The position numbers were made by a program, and so were the translations under genes. A stretch of 64,000 nucleotides of DNA, taken from Octopus sinensis. Its lineage: Eukaryota. Numbering within the stretch: position 1 is the stretch's first letter; every line of letters begins with the position of its first letter. This document shows positions 58,640 to 64,000 of this stretch, piece after piece. The notes under the pieces are model-generated. The model saw nothing but the letters and a program-made list of their open reading frames with translations. It was not told where the DNA came from and did not search any database. The stretch covers positions 95,666,001 to 95,730,000 of the forward strand of contig NC_042997.1 in the NCBI RefSeq assembly GCF_006345805.1, written 5' to 3'.

Positions 58640-61630
58640 TCTTTGTATTGACACCTGGACATGGATCAAAAAGTGGATATCCTGTTGGGCTGAAATACGT
58701 TGGATTCCGTGTGCCTCGTAACTGATTCGGTAGCCGTGAAGGCTCAACAGGAAACCTGCAATGAGAATCAAGTCCTCAAAGGTGGATCAGGAGGAGGAAG
58801 TTTCTCTGAACCAACCCAATGGGTGTAAAGTTGGATGAAGACTGCAATGAATCTTTTAACGCCAATCGTCTTGGGGTAGCATGCCATTGGTCCCAGTTGA
58901 TGTATTTCTGGAGGACCTTGTACTTCTTGGAATATAACATTAAGTGTACGCAAAACAAATTCTTCCACAGGCGTCTTAGTCCTGTTAGTAGATTTTTCTC
59001 AAGTCTTTCGACGATCAAGGACTGGAGATGGCATCAAGTATGTGATATCCGGGAACGCCTAGTCAAAAAGTGGAAAGAAAGCGGTGAATATTCAATTCAG
59101 TCGTTCATCTTTGGACAAAAGCAGGAGAGGTACTCGACAGCTACATTCACGACTGAGCAACCCTATTTAGAATCCGCCTTGCTCACCATAAATTGGGAGT
59201 GGGCTAGAAGTCAAATTGTCATTACTCATTGAGGAACACTGGAACCAACTGAAAATCGCTATTGTGGACACATGCAAAGAAACCATCGGATTCAAGACTA
59301 AGAAACATCAAGATCGGTTCGGTGAAATCGATGAGCAACTCAATCAACTTATCGATGTAGAAAGAAAAGCCTTCATCCCCACTCAAAATTATCAAAGCGC
59401 AAGGAATGTCAAGAATGCAAAGCCGAAGTTCGGAAAACTATTCGAAAGCAGAAAAATCAATGGTGAAGGGACAAGGCAAAGGAAATTCAACAACTTACAG
59501 ATACTGATGACACCAGAGCCATTTTTAATGCTAACAAAGCAATTTTCGCACCATCTACCAGTGGTCAAGTCCCACTGAAAAGCAAGGACATCTGCAAACG
59601 TTTGAAAAGTTACATCAAAAACGTCTTCCAAATACCCTGAACATCGGCTGGGAAGACATAAAAGCAAATTTGGCATCTTGAAAGCACATAAAACATCAAT
59701 CATCGCGGCTCAAAACATCACGAGTCAATTGAGATGATATGGGCATGCTGTTTGTATGTCCGATAACCGTTTACCAAAACAGATCTTCTATTCTCACCTA
59801 AAAGAAGGAAAAAGAAAGAAAGGAGAACAGAAAAGATATACAGGGATCTGTTGAACGGCAACATGAAAAAATATAACATAGACTTCAACAACAGGGAATA
59901 AAATGCAAAATACCGAAACCTCTCAAGAACCATTTTCTGTGAGGAAACACCTTCATCCTGAAGTATAGTTTCGAGATCAATTCAAGATGGAGTGACCACT
60001 TCGAAAGGCTGCTTAATCAAGACCCTATTTTTGACAGTGATGCCCTAGATTTTGTCCCAAAACAACCCGTTGAAGATTCCTTAAGCAAGGTACCAAACTT
60101 TTCTGATGTGAAGGATGTGTTGCAGCTCTTTCGAAGGGGGACCTTCAGCAGACCCAGAAGAACAACAAGACTGCTGTGCTGGACGGGCTCCTCGCTGAGA
60201 TTTACAAAATCGGCGGCAACCTACTCCATTACCATTTGCACCAACCCTTCGTCAATATTTGGACCAATGAACAAATATAATCTGACTTCAGAGATTCAGC
60301 CCACGTGATGATCAACAAGAGGAAGAAAGGACGATCTGAATGTGGAAATTACAGGGATTAACCTTTTTAGCAAATCCTGGTTAGTTACTTGCTCAGATTA
60401 TAAACAACCGCTTAAAAGCATTGGCTGAGAAAATTCTTTCAGAGACTCAAGCAGGTTTTAAACTATCCCTAGGAACCATTGATATGATATTCACCTTGTG
60501 TCGACTCGAAGAAAAGCGACATGAATAGTAAAAACATGAATCGTACTAAGATCCCCACCATGATGGCATAATTGCAACTCTCCTGGTCAATCAAGGAACA
60601 TCTGACCTTTTCCAAATCAAAACGAGAATAAAACAGGTATGTGTAATTGCCCCAACACTGTCTGCCATTTCCATCGCTACCAACCTGCACACATCATCAA
60701 GAAAGATCTAGCAGGTATCGAAATCGTCTATCGAACCCAAAGTTAACTGTTCGGCATTACCCTTCTCAAGTCCAAAAAATAATTATTTTCCTCCTTGATC
60801 GAGTTGCAATATGCAGATAAGGACTGTATTACAGCTCTTTCGGATGGGGACTTTCTGCACATCCTGAGCGTCTTCAACCAATTATGACATTCAGCTTCGT
60901 CTAAAGAGTGTTCGAACTGCTTTTCGCCGTCTCCCGACAGAATATTTCAGGACGGTGACATCAGAACCGACTCCAAATCAATTTTGTTCAAAGCAGTGGT
61001 TATCCCAACACTCTTGTACGCGTCTGAAACCTGGAAACCTTACCATGCCATTTGCAAACGTTTGAAAAGTTTCATCAAAGACGTCTTCGAAGTACCCTGA
61101 ATATCGGCTGGGAAGACATAAAAGCAAATTTTGGCATCTTGAAAGCACGCAAAGCATCAATCATCGGGGCTCAAAACATCACGAGTCAGTTGAGATGATA
61201 TGGGCATGCTGTTTGTATGTCAGATAACCGTTTACCAAAACAGATCTTGTATTTTCACCTGAAAGAAGGAAAAAGGAAGAAAGGAGGACAGTAAAAGATA
61301 TACAGGGATCTGTTGAACGGCATCATGAAAAAAATATAACATAGACTTCAACAACAGGGAATAAAATGCAAAAAACCGAAACCTCTGAAGAACCATTTTC
61401 TGTGAAGAAACACCTGCATTCGAAATAAACAAATGTGAAGAACTGGAGGAAAAGCGAAGAAAGAGAAATTCCAACCCAGATCAGTTCTTCTGCAAGGAAT
61501 AACTTGCCAAACATGCAGAAGACTCTTCAAAGCTCGAATTGAACACATCGGCCATCTTCGAATGCACCAATCCAATATGGACTAGAACGAAGTCCATCAT
61601 TCTCTGAAGAAAAAGGGATAACTACAACAC
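58640..61630 (+). mobile_element. Decayed RTE-clade LINE
   Basis: EEHWNQLKIAIVDTCKETIGFKTKKHQDRF; GRSECGNYR; AEKILSETQAGF...GTIDMIFT; ELQYADKDC; FKAVVIPTLLYASETWK; LR*YGHAVCMSDNRLPKQI; terminal CQTCRRLFKARIEHIGHLRMH and a short 3' tail. The 5' boundary is uncertain. Confidence 0.9.
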
Positions 61631-61862
61631 ATATGGTTTCGGTTAACCACAGTATAAATGGTTCTGGGTTCAGTCCCACTGTGAGGTATCTTGGGCAAGT
61701 GTCATCTACTGTAGCCTCAGGCCGACCACAGCCTTGTGAGTGGACTTTGTAAGCGGAAACTGAAAGAGGACCGTCGTAAGTCCTGGGATCGATTCTTTGA
61801 CTAAGGGTGATGCTGCAGCATGGCCACAGTCAAATGACTGAAAGCAATAAAAGAATAAAATA
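61630..61862 (+). mobile_element. SINE family B with the middle deleted
   Basis: gggttcagtcccactgtgaggtatcttgggcaagtgtc...gaaactgaaagaggaccgtcg|taagtcctggg...gtcaaatgactgaaagcaataaaagaataaaa. Confidence 0.88.
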
Positions 61863-61879
61863 ATATATATATATATACA

Positions 61880-62030
61880 TATTCTTTTATTTGTTGGAGG
61901 CTGCCTTTAGTCGACCAAATCGACCCCAGAACTTTGTAAGCCTAGTACTTATTCATTCGGATTCTTTCGCCGAACCGATAAGTTACGGTGACGTAAACAC
62001 ACAATCATCGATTGTCATCATGTGTTGTTG
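61880..62030 (-). mobile_element. SINE family B 3' half
   Basis: tttagtcgaccaaatcgacccca...agcctagtacttattc...gccgaaccg...gacgtaaacac. Confidence 0.8.
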
Positions 62031-62056
62031 CGTGGAACATAAATACGCATATATAT

Positions 62057-62154
<98 letters not shown>

Positions 62155-62159
62155 TAATA

Positions 62160-62743
62160 AAATATTAGGGAATAAATCCAAACTTACAGGGAAAATCAGA
62201 TTTAGGATTGAATCCAATTTTATAGTATAATATTATCTTATATTAAATTAGAGATAAAACCACTATTAGGCAAATCATACAATGAAACACTTAAGCCAAT
62301 ACATAAGATTAATTAATTTATATTATTTAAATATATATCAAAATTATTAAAAAAGATAATTAATATAACACTACGATCGTTTCATGGCTGTTCAATTCTT
62401 CCTGGAGTAAGAACTATGAGATTCATGGCTAGGCATAGAGACGGGCACATGTGTGTTGAATATATAGATTTATATACACCCACATGGGGATGTTTTTATA
62501 GATGAGCCCTGCTGTGGAGTATTGTTGCATATAATGAAGATATGTAAACCACCTGAAGAATGATTGTAACTCGAAAATTTTAAGAATTGAACAGCCATGA
62601 AACGATCGTAGTGTTATATTAATTATCTTTTTTAATAATTTTGATATATATTTAAATAATATAAATTAATTAATCTTATGTATTGGCTTAAGTTTTTCAT
62701 TGTATGATTTGCCTAATAGTGGTTTTATCTCTAATTTAATATA

Positions 62744-62745
<2 letters not shown>
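62160..62745 (+). mobile_element. Non-coding Penelope-like relic with about 160-bp near-perfect inverted arms
   Basis: 62240-62400 is the reverse complement of 62582-62742 (about one mismatch seen). Arm ends resemble 54130-54190. It contains a hammerhead motif and lies in (TA)n. Confidence 0.8.
62550..62613 (+). ncRNA. Type I hammerhead ribozyme with extended helix II
   Basis: CAC-CTGAAGA(62553-59)-ATGattgt...acagcCAT-GAAAC(62599-603)-GATC-GTA(62608-10)-GTG, with palindromic helix III ACGATCGT. Confidence 0.72.
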
Positions 62746-62796
<51 letters not shown>

Positions 62797-64000
62797 TATG
62801 TGTGTGTATATGTGTGTGTGTCTGTCTCTGTGCGTGTATATATATATATACACTAAATATAATTGTATATAAATTCATTAGTTACTATAGTTTTTAGTTT
62901 CTTTTGCATATTCTTAGTTTATGCATGTGTATGCAAATATAGTATTGCTATATCCCATTTATGTTCATTAGAAATTAAATAAATAAAGAATTTTGACGTG
63001 TACGAATATTTATTCCCCACCCCCCACTGTACATATACACTATCACATATATGCATAATGCGTAGCTTGGCTTAATGCACAATGTTATGACTAAGTGAGA
63101 GAACATTTAACATGAAATGCAGAATCAAATAAATATATTTTGTACCATGAAAGGTGACAGTTTCTAATAACTTTTGCCCAGTTTCCACTTTTGAGTTTGT
63201 TGAAGTAAATGTATTTTAGCTTAGAATGTTCAGAATAGGTTAATTTGTCTGGCTACTTAATTTGTAGCTGTTGGGGATTATTAAAGAAGGGAAGAGATTG
63301 GTGTTTAGTTATTAGCTTCTTTCTCAATTTGTTATTTCCATGTAATCGGTTGTACGTCTGGCGTTTTCTAGCACTGTAAGTAATTTCTTATATCGCTTAG
63401 TATGAAAATTGTTTGATTTCCCTATTTTTATTTGTTTTTGAGTGGTTGGGTACCGGCCTATGTTTGCGTCAGTGTGACTTTCAGTATGTGTGCAGGAATA
63501 AGTTTTTATTTTGCATGAAAGAAATTAAATGGAATTTATTTTGCGGCGCCTTTCGAATGGTTCCTTGACAGAAGCTGTTAGATGTGATAATGTGAATATT
63601 TGAAAAGATTGAGTGGGAAACAAATAGGTAGAAAATACTTGAATAGAGAACAGTGGAAAAAAATAAGTGTATAGAAATACAGAAAGAAAATAATAAAAAC
63701 GTGTAAGCTGTGTTATGTTTTTATGACATAAAGATTTAAATAAGAATGTTAAGTTAAACGAAATTTAATTGAAGTTTATCCATTCAATTTATGTCAAAGC
63801 GTAAAAAATATTAAAAAAACACAGAGAAACAGACGTCCATATAACTATTACACACACACACACGCACGCACGTACACACAAGTTTGTATTGCCAATCCTT
63901 CAGGGCAAAGTAGGTTTGTAAACATTTACTTTAATTGAAATTCCGAAAAGCCTCTATTTCGATATTGTGAAAGACACATCTGATGATACATATCACAATT

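Overview
AT-rich, repeat-dense eukaryotic genomic DNA, most likely a coleoid cephalopod (Octopus), judged from the tRNA-derived SINE families and the very high (TA)n/(CA)n/(TAA)n/(GATA)n load. No intact host gene is recognisable, and nearly all listed ORFs are microsatellite artefacts or transposon remnants. The window contains several SINE families, decayed R4/Dong-type (RLE) LINEs next to (TAA)n/(TAG)n tracts, a Tx1/L1-like cluster with an apparent ORF1-only unit, an RTE LINE with an out-of-order internal duplication, a mariner relic, Helitron/Helentron-type non-autonomous ends and at least five Penelope-like element (PLE) relics. The most notable signal is that the PLE terminal repeats carry three different hammerhead-ribozyme-like motifs: a U3-A8 covariant core (TTGATAA) in four full copies, a canonical CTGAAGA core with a long helix II, and an atypical CTGTAGAA core. 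Most sit in inverted-repeat (fold-back) arrangements. Coordinates were read by eye and are approximate unless a motif is quoted.
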